From assembly GCF_009914755.1 (NCBI RefSeq), contig NC_060931.1: a stretch of DNA of 64,000 bases; one strand, given 5' to 3'. The notes under the pieces are model-generated. The model ran no database searches. It was not told where the DNA came from and worked only from the letters and a program-made list of their open reading frames with translations. Shown here piece by piece: positions 1 to 12,609 of this stretch (its first letter is position 1; each line of letters opens with the position of its first letter). The translations under genes and the position numbers were made by a program. The stretch comes from the human T2T-CHM13v2.0 reference genome, Homo sapiens.

Positions 1-83
1 CCTTATTAATTATTATGCTAAGACAACAGGCATACATTGGGACTTTCTCAGACAAACTGAGATGTGTGATATGTGGCCACCCT
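1..83. mobile_element. hAT-Blackjack MITE fragment (MER94-like)
   Basis: 'gacaacaggcatacattgggact...gacaaactgagatg...tggccaccct' resembles the MER94 terminal region. Confidence 0.5.
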
Positions 84-114
84 TCTTACACTTCAGTAAT
101 TTCTACAAAAACAG

Positions 115-880
115 GAGGACAGATCAACAACCCGGTAGAAAAATGGATAAAGGATATGAACAAATGATGATGATGGCAATAAGAGTAACCGCTTACATGG
201 TGCTTATTATGTTCTAGGCACTGTTCTTGATATTTCTGCATACGAATTATTTTATCTTTACAACAACCCTATGAGGAAACTGAGGTACAAATGAAGAAAC
301 TAAAGTAAGAACATTTAAGTAGTTCATACAAAGAAATATAAATTGTTCTTAAATATATCAAAATATACTCACCTCATTCATAGTAAAAGAAATAAAAAAC
401 TGTGCTCTGATGACATTTTTCATCTATGAGATTTACAAAGATCTAAAAATTGAGAATATACATTTTCTATTGCCTTTGGATGGCAATTTGGCAGTAACTA
501 TCAAAAGTATAAATATCTATACCCTTTGAGGTGTCAATCTCATTTTAAAGAATTTATTCTTCAGCTATGTACATACATGTAGGAAATTATGATTGTACAA
601 GGTTATTTATTGTGGAATTTTTGTAGTGGCAAAGAATTGGAAATAATCTAAATGTCCCTCACTAAGACACTGATTAAATAAATTATGGAACATCCTTACA
701 AGCCATTTTATGGCCCTACATCCAGGGCCATAAAAATGAATGGGGAAACTTTTAATGTGCAGATCATGGAGGATGAGAATTGGGTTCCTGGGAGGCAAGA
801 GTGGGAGGGATGCTCTGTATTCTTCTATAATTTTGGAATTTTGAACCATATGAATACTATCTACATTTTTAAACTATGCA
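115..880 (+). mobile_element. old L1M (L1ME-like) 3' region, interrupted by a MIR
   Basis: 'aacccggtagaaaaatggataaaggatatgaaca', 'ggcaatttggcagta', 'aattggaaataatctaaatgtccc' are L1M 3'-end motifs. Confidence 0.65.
166..320 (-). mobile_element. MIR SINE
   Basis: 'gtgcttattatgttctaggcactgttct...caacaaccctatgaggaaactgagg' is the reverse complement of the MIR core/3' end. Confidence 0.7.
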
Positions 881-2381
881 TTTTTATTTTATCTCTTTTT
901 AAAATTTCAATAGCTTTTGGTGAACAGGTGGTTTTTGGTTACAGTGATAAACTCTTTAGTGGTGATTTCTGAGATTTTGGTGCACCTGTCACCTGAGCAG
1001 TGTACACTGTACCCAATGTGTAGTCTTTTATCTCTCACCCCCCTCCCATCCTTCCCCACAAGTCTCCAAAGCCCATGATATCATTCTTAAGCCTTTGCAT
1101 TCTCACAGCTTAGCTCCTACTTATAAGTGAGAACATACATTATTTGGTTTTTCATTCCTGAGGGTTACTTCATGTAGAATAATGGCCTCCAGCTCCATCC
1201 AAGTTGGTGCAACATACATTATCTCATTTCTTTTTATGACTGAGTGCATATATACCACATTCGATGGTGTATATATACCACATTTTCTTTATCCACTCAT
1301 TGATTGATGGGCAGGTATGTTGGCTCCATATTTTTGCAATTATGAATTTTGCTGCTATAAACATGCATGTGCAAGTGTCTTTTTCATATTATGGCCATTC
1401 TTGCAGAAGTAAGGGGGTATCTCATTGCAATTTTAATTTGCATTTACCTGATAATTAGTGATGTTGAGCATGTTTTCATATATTTGTTGACTGTTTATAT
1501 ATCTTTTTTGAGAATTATTTATTCATGTTCTTTGCCCACGTTTTGATGGGATTATTTATTTCTTTTCTTGCTGATTTGTTTGAGTTCCTTATAGATTCTG
1601 GATATTAGTCCTCTCTCAGATTCATGCTTTGTGAATATTTTCTCCTAGTCTGTGGGTTATGTGTTTACTCTGCTGATTCTTTCTTTTGCTGTACAGAAGC
1701 TTTTTGGTTTAATTATGTCCCATTTACCTATTTTTGTTTTTGTTGCATTTGCTTTGGGTTCCTGGTCACGAATTCTTTGCCTAAGCCAATGTCTAGAAGG
1801 GCTTTTCTGATGTTGTCTTCTAGAATTTTTATGGTTTCAGCCCTTAGATTTAAGTCGTTGATTCATCTTGAGTTGGCTTTTGTATAAGGTAAGAGATGAG
1901 GATCCAGTTTCATCATCCTACATGTGGCTTGCCAATTATCCCAGCACCATTTGTTGAATAGGGTGTCCTTTCTCCATTTTATGTTTTTGTTTGCTGTGTC
2001 AAAGATCAGTTGGCTATAAGTATTTGGCTTTATTTCTGAGTTCTCTATTCTGTTCCATTGGTCTATGTGCCTATTTTTATACAAGTACCATGCTGTTTTG
2101 GTAACAATAACCTTGTAGTATAGTTCGAAGTTGGGTGATGTGATGCCTCCAGATTTGTTCTTTTTGCTTTGTATTGCTTTGGCTATGCAGGTTCCATATG
2201 AATTTTAGGATTTTTTTTCTAGTTCTGTGAAGAATGATGATGGTATTTTCATAGGAATTGCATTGAATCTGTAGATTGCTTTGGGCAGTATGGTAATTTT
2301 AACAATATTGATTTCCTCCCCCCACCCCAAGCATGAGATGTGTTTTCATTTGTTTGTGTCATCTATGATTTCTTTCAGCAG
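881..2381 (-). mobile_element. L1PB-like 5'-truncated LINE-1 (3' UTR plus ORF2 end), internal deletion near 1390
   Basis: L1PB 3'UTR signature 'ggtgatttctgagattttggtgcacc'; ORF2 remnant [13 protein letters not shown]...LFNKWCW (ORF 1863-2084 -). Confidence 0.9.
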
Positions 2382-2479
2382 TTAAACATGATATTTCTAA
2401 TTTTCCTAGAACTTCTGAAAATTATTCCAAAACCCGTTTCAAAAATTCTTCTTTTATTTAATAAAAATATATTGAGCCA

Positions 2480-4422
2480 TGAGTCAGAAGTCTCAATATG
2501 GTTATAATAAGTCAATTTTCCTTGGATTGACCTAAAGAATAAAAAAAGTGTCAAGCAAAATTCTGGCAATTTTTTTTTTTTGGTAGAAATTGATAAGCTG
2601 GGACAGGCATGGTGGCTTATGCCTGTAATCCTGGCACTTTGCGAGGTGGACATGGGAGGATTGCTTGAGCCCAGGAGTCTGAGACCAGCCTGGGCAACAT
2701 GGCAAAGCCCTGTCTCTACAAAAACTACAAAAATTAGTTGGGCATGGTGGTGTGTGCCTATAGTCCCAGCTATTCGGGAGGCTGAGGTGGGAGGATCACC
2801 TGAGCCCAGGAGGTTGAGGCTGTGGTGAGCCGTGATCATTGGCACTGCATTCCAGCCTGGGTGACAGAGTGAGGCTCTCTCTCAAAAAACAAACAAACAA
2901 AAAGAGATAAGCTGATTCTAAAGTTCATATGGAAAAACAAAGAAACTAGAAGATCTGAAACAATTTTGAAAACACAGAAGAAAGTTGAATATTTTAAGAG
3001 TAGTATATAACCACAGTAATCAAGACAGTGTGGTATTGGCATAAATAACAGATAGATCAATGGAACAGGAGACAGAGTTCAGAAACAGACCCACTTGTGT
3101 ATAAATAACTGAATTTTCCACAAAGACGCAAAAGCAATTCGGTGGAGAAAGAGTCATATTTTCAACAAATAATGCTGAAACAATCGGACATCCATATACA
3201 AAAAAACCCTTCAAATTAACTCAAAATGGAACACAGACCTAAATATAAAACCTAAAACTATAAAACTTCTAGAAGAAAATATAGGAGAAAATCTTTATGA
3301 CCTTCAGTCAGGCAATTTTTTTTTTTTAGGGTTGACTCAAAATACAATCCATATAAAACTGATAACTTGGACTTCAGCAAAATCATAAACTTCTGCTCTT
3401 TGAAAGACACTGTTAAAGGACTGAAAAGATAAGCCACTGAATGGGAGAAAATATTTGAAATCGTATGTCTCATAAAGGACTAATATCCAGAATATACAAA
3501 GAGCTCTTAAAGCTAACTAATAAGAAAACAACCAACTCCCTTCCTATACCAAATGGGAAAAAGACATGAAGACACTTCACTAAAAATGATGAACAGATGG
3601 CAAAAAAAAAAAATGTATGAATGCTAAACATCATTAAACATTAGGGAAAAGCAAAACCACAATGAGATACCACTGTATACCTATGAGAGTGGCTAAAATT
3701 CAAAAGACTGACCATACCAACAGTGAGAGGAAGGGAGAATGCTATACAATGCAGATAAAAATGTTAAATAGTAGAATCACTTTGGAGAACAGTTTGGCAG
3801 TCTGTTAAAAAGTCAAACATACACCTACTGTATGATCCAGCCATCCTACTCTGAAGTGTCACCCCAGAAAAATGAAAGTATGTCTATATAAAGACTTATG
3901 TACCCATCATCACAGTAGCTTAATCTGTAAAAGCCGAAAACTGGGAACGACTCAAATGTTCATCAACAGATGAATGGATAAACAAACTGTAGTACAGCCA
4001 TACAATAGAATACTAGTCAACAAAAGGAATAAAAATAAATAAGCTATGGTTTCGCACATGACAAATGAATCTCAAAATAATTAAGCTGAGTGAAAGAAGC
4101 CAGGCAGAAAACAATATATACTGTTCGATTTCACTTATATCAAATTCTAGAAACTGCAAACTAATCTATGGTGACAGAAAACAGATCACTGGTTGCATGG
4201 GGATGGGGTGCGGGGTGATTGCTGGGCGAGATTACAAAGAAAGCATGAGGAAACTTTTGGGAGTAATGAATATGTTGATTACCTTGATTTTGGTGAGGGC
4301 TTTATGAGTCTGTACATGTGTCAAAACTTATTTTGTGTGTCAAAACAATTGTCAAAATGTCAAAACAATTTAAATGTGGGCATTTTATTGTATATTAATA
4401 TACCTCAATAAATCTATTAAAA
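2480..4422 (+). mobile_element. L1M (L1MC/MD-like) 3' portion, interrupted by AluJ
   Basis: 'gattctaaagttcatatggaaa', 'caagacagtgtggtattggc', ends 'tacctcaataaatctattaaaa'. Confidence 0.85.
2601..2905 (+). mobile_element. AluJ
   Basis: Full dimer with AluJ-type 'ggattgcttgagcccaggag'; TSD gataagctg at 2592-2600 and 2906-2914. Confidence 0.95.
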
Positions 4423-5550
4423 ATAATTCTGCACTTGTTATATGCCAGACATTCTGCTAGTCATTGCAGCTTCAGTGGCAAAATAATTAAAAAATTGTAT
4501 TTTTATAAAATTTGTAGTTACTAGTAAGAGGATGCACAGCAATGAAATTTTTATTTACTATGCATAAAATAATGTAAGTAGAAATTTGATACAGGTTCAT
4601 TATCTTTTTTGCTACCTAAATCAACCAAGTAATCAGTTTATTGTGAAAATAGCAAAGGCTCAGCATACCTGTTAACTGAGAAGATAAGGAAATGAAAGAC
4701 ATAAAATAATTCCTAAATATTAGTCCCTTATCAATACCCATGACTTTAAAATACAAAATGATAGGCAAAGTTTTAAATTCTTAACCTGGTCTAATTCCAA
4801 ATAATTGATAGTGGTAGGAATTGAAAATATTAATAAGAGTTTTATTTTAAATTAGTTTTAGAAGAATATGTCTTTTAAAGGAAATTTTTCATGAATGTAT
4901 CAAACCAGTTAAACAGAAGTGATGGTAGACTAGTTGAAGAGAAGTGTAACACATTATTTTGTTTTACTCTTTGGTTTATATTGCATGTTTTGGGAAAAGC
5001 ATCAGAAAGGAAAGGTCTTTTGTTTGTTATTTAAAAATAATTATCTGCCAAGTTGATTTTAGCCTAGAATAAATTGGCATATGAGTTTTACAAAACAATA
5101 GTTAGTAATTAACTTTCCTCAATTAAAAACACACCGTAAGTGACATGGTATTTCTAAGTAGAGAAATTAGGCAAAGAAAAATTATGAGCTAGATAACCCA
5201 AAGCAGTATAGCTTATATTGGATATGTTGGGCTCCTACATGGTGATTTTACATTTTTACATGTTTCCTTTTCTTTCTACTTCATTCCAAACCCCGATCCT
5301 ATCTCACTTCCACCTTTTTAAATACTTGGATCTTGAAAATATTCCTGTCTTCCCTTGTTAAAAGATAAATAACATTAGAAGGGACCCTTTGAACTAAAAA
5401 ATAATAATAATTAATTAACCAGTCATCATTTGACATGGCATTTAAGGATAAATACTTATGATAAATAGAAGAGAAAACTTAAAGCTAGGAAAGTGAACAA
5501 TAGTGAAGCAAGAGGCCCTCTTGAATCCTTATCTCACAATTTAAACACAC

Positions 5551-6675
5551 TTTTTTAATGTTCAGGGGTACATGTGCAGGACGTACAGGTTTGTTACATA
5601 GGTAAACATGTACTATGGTAGTTTGCTGCACAGATCATCTCATCACTTAGGTATTAAGCCCAGAATCCATTAGCTATTCTTCCTGATGCTCTGCCTCCTC
5701 CCCCCAGCACCCTCCAACAGGCCCCAGTGTGTGTTGTGCCCCTATATGTGTCCATATGTTCTCATCATTCAGCTCCCAGTTGTAAGTGAGAATATGTGGT
5801 ATTTTATTTTCTGTTCCTGTGTTAGTTTGCTGAAGATGATGGCCTTCAGCTTCATTCATGTTCCTGCAAAGGACTTGATTTCATTCCTTTTTATGGCTGA
5901 ATAGTATTCCATGGTGTATATATACCACATTTTCTTTATCTAGTGTATTATTGATGGGCATTTGGGTTGATTCCATGTCTTTGCTATTGTGAATAATGCT
6001 GCAGTGAACATGCGCATGCATGTATCTTTATAATAGAATGATTTATATTCCTTTGGGTATATATCCAGTAACGTGATTGCTGAGTCAAATGGTATTTCTG
6101 CCTCTAGGTCTTTGAGGAAATGCCACACTGTCTCCCACAATGGTTGAACTAATTTACATTCCCACCAACAGTATAACAGTATTCCTTTTTCTCAACAACC
6201 TCACCAGCATCTGTTGTTTTTTAACTTTTTATTAATAGCCATTCTGACAGGTATGAGATGGTATCTCGTTGTGGTTTTGATTAGCATTTTTCTAATCATC
6301 AGTGATGTTGAGGTTTTTTTTGTATGATTGTTGGCCACATGTATGTCTTTTGAGAAGTATCTTTTCATGTCCTTTGCCCATTTTCTAATGGGTTTGTTTT
6401 TTTCTTGTAAATTTATTTAAGTTCCTTGTAGATGCTGGATATTAGACCTTTGTCAGATGAACAGATTGCAAAATTTTTCTCCCTTTCTATAGGTTGTCTG
6501 TTCACTCTCATGGTAGCTTCTTTTGCTGTATGGAAGCTCTTTAGTTTAATGAGATCCCATCTGTCAATTTTTGCTTTTGTTGCAGTTGTTTTTGGCGTCT
6601 TCGTCATGAAATCTTTGTCCGTGCCTATGTCCTGAATGGCATTGCCTAGGTTTTCTTCTAGGGTTTTCATAGTTT
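5551..6675 (-). mobile_element. L1PA (PA8-PA10-like) 5'-truncated
   Basis: T-rich tail then 'tacatgtgcagg...ggtttgttacataggtaaac'; ORF2 C-terminal remnants (ORFs 5940-6140 -, 6413-6670 -). Confidence 0.92.
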
Positions 6676-6699
6676 CTAAACCTACGCTTAATTGAGAAA

Positions 6700-7020
6700 A
6701 AAGTCAGTGATTCACTCAAAAATATAGTGATTTAAAATGGTATAAATCATTTATTTGCTCAAAATGCTGAAATTTAGGCAGGATGGCTCAACTACTCTTG
6801 GAGGACCCACTTCCAAGATGGTCTCATTCACCCTGCTGACATGTTGATATTGTCTATTTCAACTGGGAGCTCAGGGCCAGTGGCCTCAATTCTCTACAGG
6901 ACCTCTCCACCTGGATAGGTTGGGCTTCTCAGAGCATGGTTGCCTTAGGGTAGTTAGACTTTTTACATGGTGGCAAACTTCTCACAGAGCACAAAAGAGG
7001 ATACTTCCAGGCCTTTTTCA
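6700..7020 (-). mobile_element. MLT1-type MaLR LTR fragment
   Basis: 'ggacccacttccaagatgg...ctgggagctcagg...gggcttctcagagcatgg' matches the MLT1G-J type in reverse. Confidence 0.6.
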
Positions 7021-7646
7021 GGCCAAGTTGGTCTATTATATCTTGAGCAATTCTAATGGACCTTTGCCTAACTTGCCTCTCCTACCTATCATGCCTTTTC
7101 CATGCCTTTTTGCTAATCTACATTCTATACTTTCTCAAAGGTCCAGCACAAAGAACACTTCCTTCATGAAAAATTTCTAATTGTTCCGCCTCTGTGTGAT
7201 AGCTCTTTCCTTTTGAAATCTGGCAACTCCTATTCTTTGTACTATTCACTTCTCATTGAAAATAAGCTGTCATATTATTATTTACTTTCCTATGGATAGC
7301 ATATCCTATTTCCTCAACCCACTGTATGATCCTTGAGGACACAACCCAAGGTCCGTATCTACATCAAAGTGTCCATCATGTAATATGTGCTAAATAAGTG
7401 TTTGATAGCCAGGTCAGCTGGTTGTATACTGAGGCATTTCAGTTCTTTTTAGGAGATGTTATTCTACATGAAGTGATGTACATCTTGAACTTATACAGAT
7501 GCTTAAAAAAATCTATTTGAGAAGTTATTTACCTGGACTACCAAAGAAGAATTTAAATTATTCATTGTAGGTATAATGAGTTCATATTATTTATTTTATA
7601 ACATTTGAAATTTTTTTTTAAATTCATGTTTCTTGGTCTTTTTCAG

Positions 7647-7692
7647 TGACTCAAAGCAGCAGAAGCTTTTTAGGATGTTCAGCATCAATGAG
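7647..7692 (+). ncRNA. candidate internal exon of a plus-strand spliced transcript (46 nt)
   Basis: Acceptor 'tttcttggtctttttcag|', donor 'GAG|gtaagc', unique sequence. Confidence 0.45.
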
Positions 7693-8267
7693 GTAAGCCT
7701 AAAAAATGCAAAGATAAAACTAGTTAGCATGGAAATAATGAGTAGAAATGGTTATTAAGCTAATTGTCTTCAGCTGGAGAGAGAACTAGAGGAACTTTAA
7801 TAGTATTTCTTTTCTGAACCACATTAGCTCTATCAACATAGCGCTGTGATCAACACATTAACTGATTTTGTCTTCTTCTACTCTATATGTCTACTATTAT
7901 GACTTGGAGAGTAATAAATGTACCATTATAGTGAAGGAGGAAAATTGATGCTGATAGAAACTTAACAAGGAATGGGTTGGGTCTGTAAATCATTGAATAC
8001 AACCCAAGAATTGTCTTGGCATACACATGTGTCAGTAACTTCAAAAGTAGTTTCTTTTCAGGACTCTACAGTGATTTCACTTTGAAGAAGTTTCTGAACT
8101 TTTAACTCAAGGTAATGAGCCAGTTAATAGGAGAGTGGGTTTTGTAGGAAGCAATTACCCCAGTTGATAGGAAACTTGAGAAAATGAGCACAAGTTGTAA
8201 TGAGATTGGCAAAAATGTCATGTGTCTGAGAGCTGAGATGGAGTAAAAGGGAAAGATGGTGGGAGAC

Positions 8268-8317
8268 AATACCATGAATACCACTGAAAATAAATACCAT
8301 GAATACCACTGAAAATA
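8268..8317. repeat. perfect 25-bp tandem duplication
   Basis: aataccatgaataccactgaaaata x2. Confidence 0.95.
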
Positions 8318-8529
8318 AGGATGAGATATATTATTGGAGCTATGTCTACAGAAGGCTATAGAATTAATTTGCCTGCAGGCAAGATGACTTCTAGAAATGT
8401 GGAAGTCAGGAGTCCATGGTTCAATTCGAGCTTTTTAATGATCTAGTTTTAGTCCAAACAATATAGTGATAAAATAAATTTTAACAGAATAAACCATTAT
8501 CTAGCAGTATATACTTCAGTTGACACCGT

Positions 8530-9460
8530 TTTGGAAAGAGTAGGTCATAGGCATTGCTTCCACTTCCTTGTCTCTCGGTCTAATTTCAGCCCACTGCAAC
8601 CTGGTTTTCACCCCCGCAACTCTGCGGAAATTGCTTTGAGAAAGGTCAGCAATGATGTGATTGTCAAATATGTTAGCCTCTTTCAGCTCTCATCCTACTT
8701 TTCTTTTCTGCAGAATTTGATTGTTTATCATTTCCTTCTTCTTAAAACTCCTTCTTGGCTTCTAAGATGCAGCTCTTATTCTTCCCATGTGTCTCTGTTT
8801 GCTCTTTATCTTTCTTTTAGTACCATCTCTTCTGCTGGAATTTTCTGAGCAAACTACTCTCTTTTCTCACTCTACATGAATTTTCTGAATGATCTTATGT
8901 GATCCTGAAGCACCAACTATTACCTATGTATCTCTCAAATACTGATTACTCAACATTCTGAAGCTTTGGATCTGACATTGAATGTACTGTAACTTTTCAG
9001 GCTCAAGATTGCCCTCTCCAATCTCGTATTTTCTTTTCTTGTTTTCCTTGTCTCAATTCTCAGCAATCCTATCTATCCTATTGCCCAAGCTAGGAATCTT
9101 GAAGTATTCATTTCCTTTACACCTTTCCTCACTACTTATATTCAAATATGGTCCATTCAACCTCTGAAATGTGTTCAGTATCTGCCCATGCCTTTCCATT
9201 GCTACTATTACTCTCCCAATACAAAAAATAGTCTCTTATTTTTTGCTTGTAACTTTTCTTAATGGTTTTCTCATTGGGCTTACCTCTTTGAATCTGGTTA
9301 ATCTCCCTTCCAATCTATTATTCATATTGCTGCTGGAGTTCTCTTTTTTAAATGATGGATTTGAGCATGTTCCTTCCATGCCATGCTTAAAACAAAAACA
9401 AAAACAAAAACACCTTCCAATAGCTTCACAGTTTGAGAACTGCCTACCTACCTTCTAACA
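8530..9460 (+). mobile_element. L2 LINE fragment (RT region)
   Basis: ORF 8531 contains PLQPGFHPRNSAEIALRKVSND, the degenerate CR1/L2 RT motif (Q-x-GF...STETAL..V.ND). Confidence 0.75.
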
Positions 9461-9849
9461 ATATTATCTTCTATGAGATCGACGATTCACAGGAATGGGC
9501 CTCCAGAAGCCAGCTGCTGATCCATAGGAATGGGCCCCCAGAAGCCATATTTATTCCAAATGTCTCCTCACTCTTCAGCCATAGTTGATTGAAACAGGAG
9601 CGAACACTTGAATGGAGTCAATTATTCTCCCCCTATAAAGACTATAATTATGAGTTATGTAGTTGCCACATTATAATATGTGGAATGGAGAAGAAGGAAA
9701 CAGACTGGGAAAGAAAAGGATAAATTATTGACAAAGGACTGGCAATATTCTAGCCTCTTCTCAGGTTGTCATTGTATTCCCACTCTTGGATTCTATAGTA
9801 TACCTGTACCCTTTTATTGAACAGCCCCCTTAAGTTTATTGTTTATTTA

Positions 9850-10116
<267 letters not shown>

Positions 10117-10199
10117 TCACATTCTTTTGAGAACATCCTAATATACTATGCTCCTCTCTTTGACTTCTTAATTGACGGTCCCTCTTTCCCGGAATCATC

Positions 10200-11575
10200 G
10201 ATCTTTTTGTCTATACTAGAGCATTCCCATCAATGCACAAATATTCTCTGGTATCTCCTCTTCAGTAATAGTTTCCTCCAGCTCTCATTTCACTTTTCTG
10301 CTTCCCTTCAAAACTAAACTTGAAAGAGTTGTCTACTTCAGCTTCTTCAACTGCCTTGCTTCCCATTCACTTTTAAGCCTACTCCTATCTGAATTTTATT
10401 TCACTCACTCTACTGAAATTGCTTCAGTTAGGATTACCGATAATCTTCATTTTGCCATATTCAGGGGATTCTTTTCTGCCCTTATCTTAGCTGCTTAGCA
10501 CCACTGAGCGTATTTGATCACTTCTTCCTTCTTGAAATACTCTAGTTTTTAAGGGAGATTTTTAGATTCTGAGATTCCTCATGCTCTAGGGTTTTTTTTT
10601 TCCTCCCTCTCTGGTTACTCCTAGTTGGTTCCTTTTCTATCCAAATTTTAAATGGTGGAGTTGACATATTTTTTCTCATCTATGCAGATATTTCCTCAAT
10701 CCTTCCATTTGTATAAGCCAGAACTCTGGGGTTCATGTTGATTCTTCGTTCTCTTTCATCCACTCAATCCCTCACCAAGTCCTAACAATTCCTTCCAAAT
10801 ATATTCTGAGCTGCTCACTTTTCCCCTTTGCCACAGTGATTGCAGCAATGTATTGCCTCTATCATCTCTCACCTGGACTTCTGCAAAGGCTTCCTAACTA
10901 GTCTACAAGCCTCCACTTTTGTCCACACTTGAGTCTATTCTACATATGGAAAAAGAAATAATCTTTTAAGTACACAAATTGCAACATGCCATTTCTTTGC
11001 CTAAAACTATTTAATAGATTCATGTTGTACTTAATAAAATTCAAACTGTTTACCATGGCCTACCAGGCTGTGCATTTTATAACCCCACCTTTTATTCCAC
11101 TTTCAACTTGTTCTACTTTCTATTTATGTTCCAGCAATTGGATTCTCTCAGGTCCTTGAACATGCCAAGTTCTTTTCTACTTCAACTATTTTGAACATAT
11201 TTTTTCTTCTGCTAGAAACTCTCTCCCCTTAGCACTTTGCTTTGTTGGCTTCTTTTCATCGTGAATGTCTCCACACAAATGTTTCCTCCCTAGAGAGGTA
11301 TTTTCTGACCATCCAATATAAAATAGTGCTCTCCACCTGACCAAAATTCTGTTAATACATAACACCATTGTACTCATTTAGGTCATCAAATTCATCAAAA
11401 ATTTTATTATTTGTTTCCTTATTTATTATCTTTCTCCTTTACTAAACAGTAAGCTGCTTGAGGACAGGTATTATATTTGTCTTGTTTGCCACAGTGTATC
11501 CTAGCACATATGTGTATGGCACATAATAAGCACTTAATAAATAAGTGCTAATCAATGGATTAATGGGTGAATGCT
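10200..11575 (+). mobile_element. L2 (L2a-like) 3' portion
   Basis: 'actctactgaaattgct', pyrimidine-rich body, 3' end 'gcacataataagcacttaataaata...gaatg'. Confidence 0.8.
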
Positions 11576-11851
11576 TATATGCTAGACTTTCTCTTTGCCA
11601 CTAATCCATAATAGACTGGGAATTTCCCAAATGCACGTTCACGTCTTTTCACATTTATAAACCTTACTCTAGCATGAAACCTGATCCATAGGAAATTTCA
11701 ATAAAAACTTAATTTTCAGCTAAAGTTAACACAAATTATCAAACATTTTAATAAAATAACAGCTTGGCATTCCTTCATTCTACATCACCTAAAGGAATTC
11801 TGCCATTATGTATAAGACCAAAATGATTCCTTGGCTTTCAAAAACTTGTTT

Positions 11852-11980
11852 ATCATTCATTCATTCATTCATTCATTCATTCATTCATCAAATATTCATT
11901 GAGCCTACTATGTGCCAGGCACTGTTCTAAGCTCTGGGGATGTAACAGTAAATAAAATAGAAAAAAAGTCTTTCCTCATA
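11852..11980 (-). mobile_element. L2 3' end with (TTCA)n tail
   Basis: (tcat)n then 'aaatattcattgagcctactatgtgccaggcactgttct'. Confidence 0.85.
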
Positions 11981-11982
11981 AA

Positions 11983-12085
11983 GATTCTGCTTTAATTAAT
12001 AAGGCTCAAGTCCTGGTAAATAGTATTTTATAATGTGGCCAGGTGATTCTATTGTATAGCTAGGGTTGAGAACAGTTGCTTTAGA
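11983..12085. mobile_element. MER5-type DNA transposon fragment
   Basis: 'ccaggtgattctattgtatagctagggttgagaacagttg'. Confidence 0.6.
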
Positions 12086-12609
12086 ATCACACACTCCTTA
12101 TTGTCTTTTTTAAAAATCATGTACCTCTAGTGACAACTTTTTAAAAATCAGAATATAAGTGAGTTAACTTTCAATTTGTCACTATTTTTTTAACTTATAA
12201 GATTTTAGGATACAATGAATATGCAATTTAAAATGCTATGTTATAATAATTTACTCTGCTTAGCTGGACCCAGAACCCATTCCAAAGGAGTGGAACAATT
12301 TGAATTCTCTCCCACTTATAATGTAAATTTCTGAAGGCAAAAAGAATTTTAACAAGGAACAGAAAATATCTGTAGTTTCCCTTTCCCAAGTAAGCACTAT
12401 TTTGTAAGACTGGAAAATTTCTTGTTCCTTTTTCTTTTTTTGTATTCACATTGCTTTCTATATTTAGTATTTATGTTTGATCACATGGACAACTATATAC
12501 AGCAATGATTTTTCATGGAGAGTAATTAAATGCAGTGGGTTCATATTCTCTAATGGTCTTGAGGAATTTAAATTTTATAAGTGAATATATAGTCTGCAGA
12601 TGCTTTCTG

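Noticed and set aside
2375-2845. 156-aa ORF (and similar ORFs at 9.8-10.1, 15.0-15.3, 20.7-21.1, 46.7-47.1 and 52.1-52.4 kb)
   Set aside because: These are read-through translations of Alu sequence.
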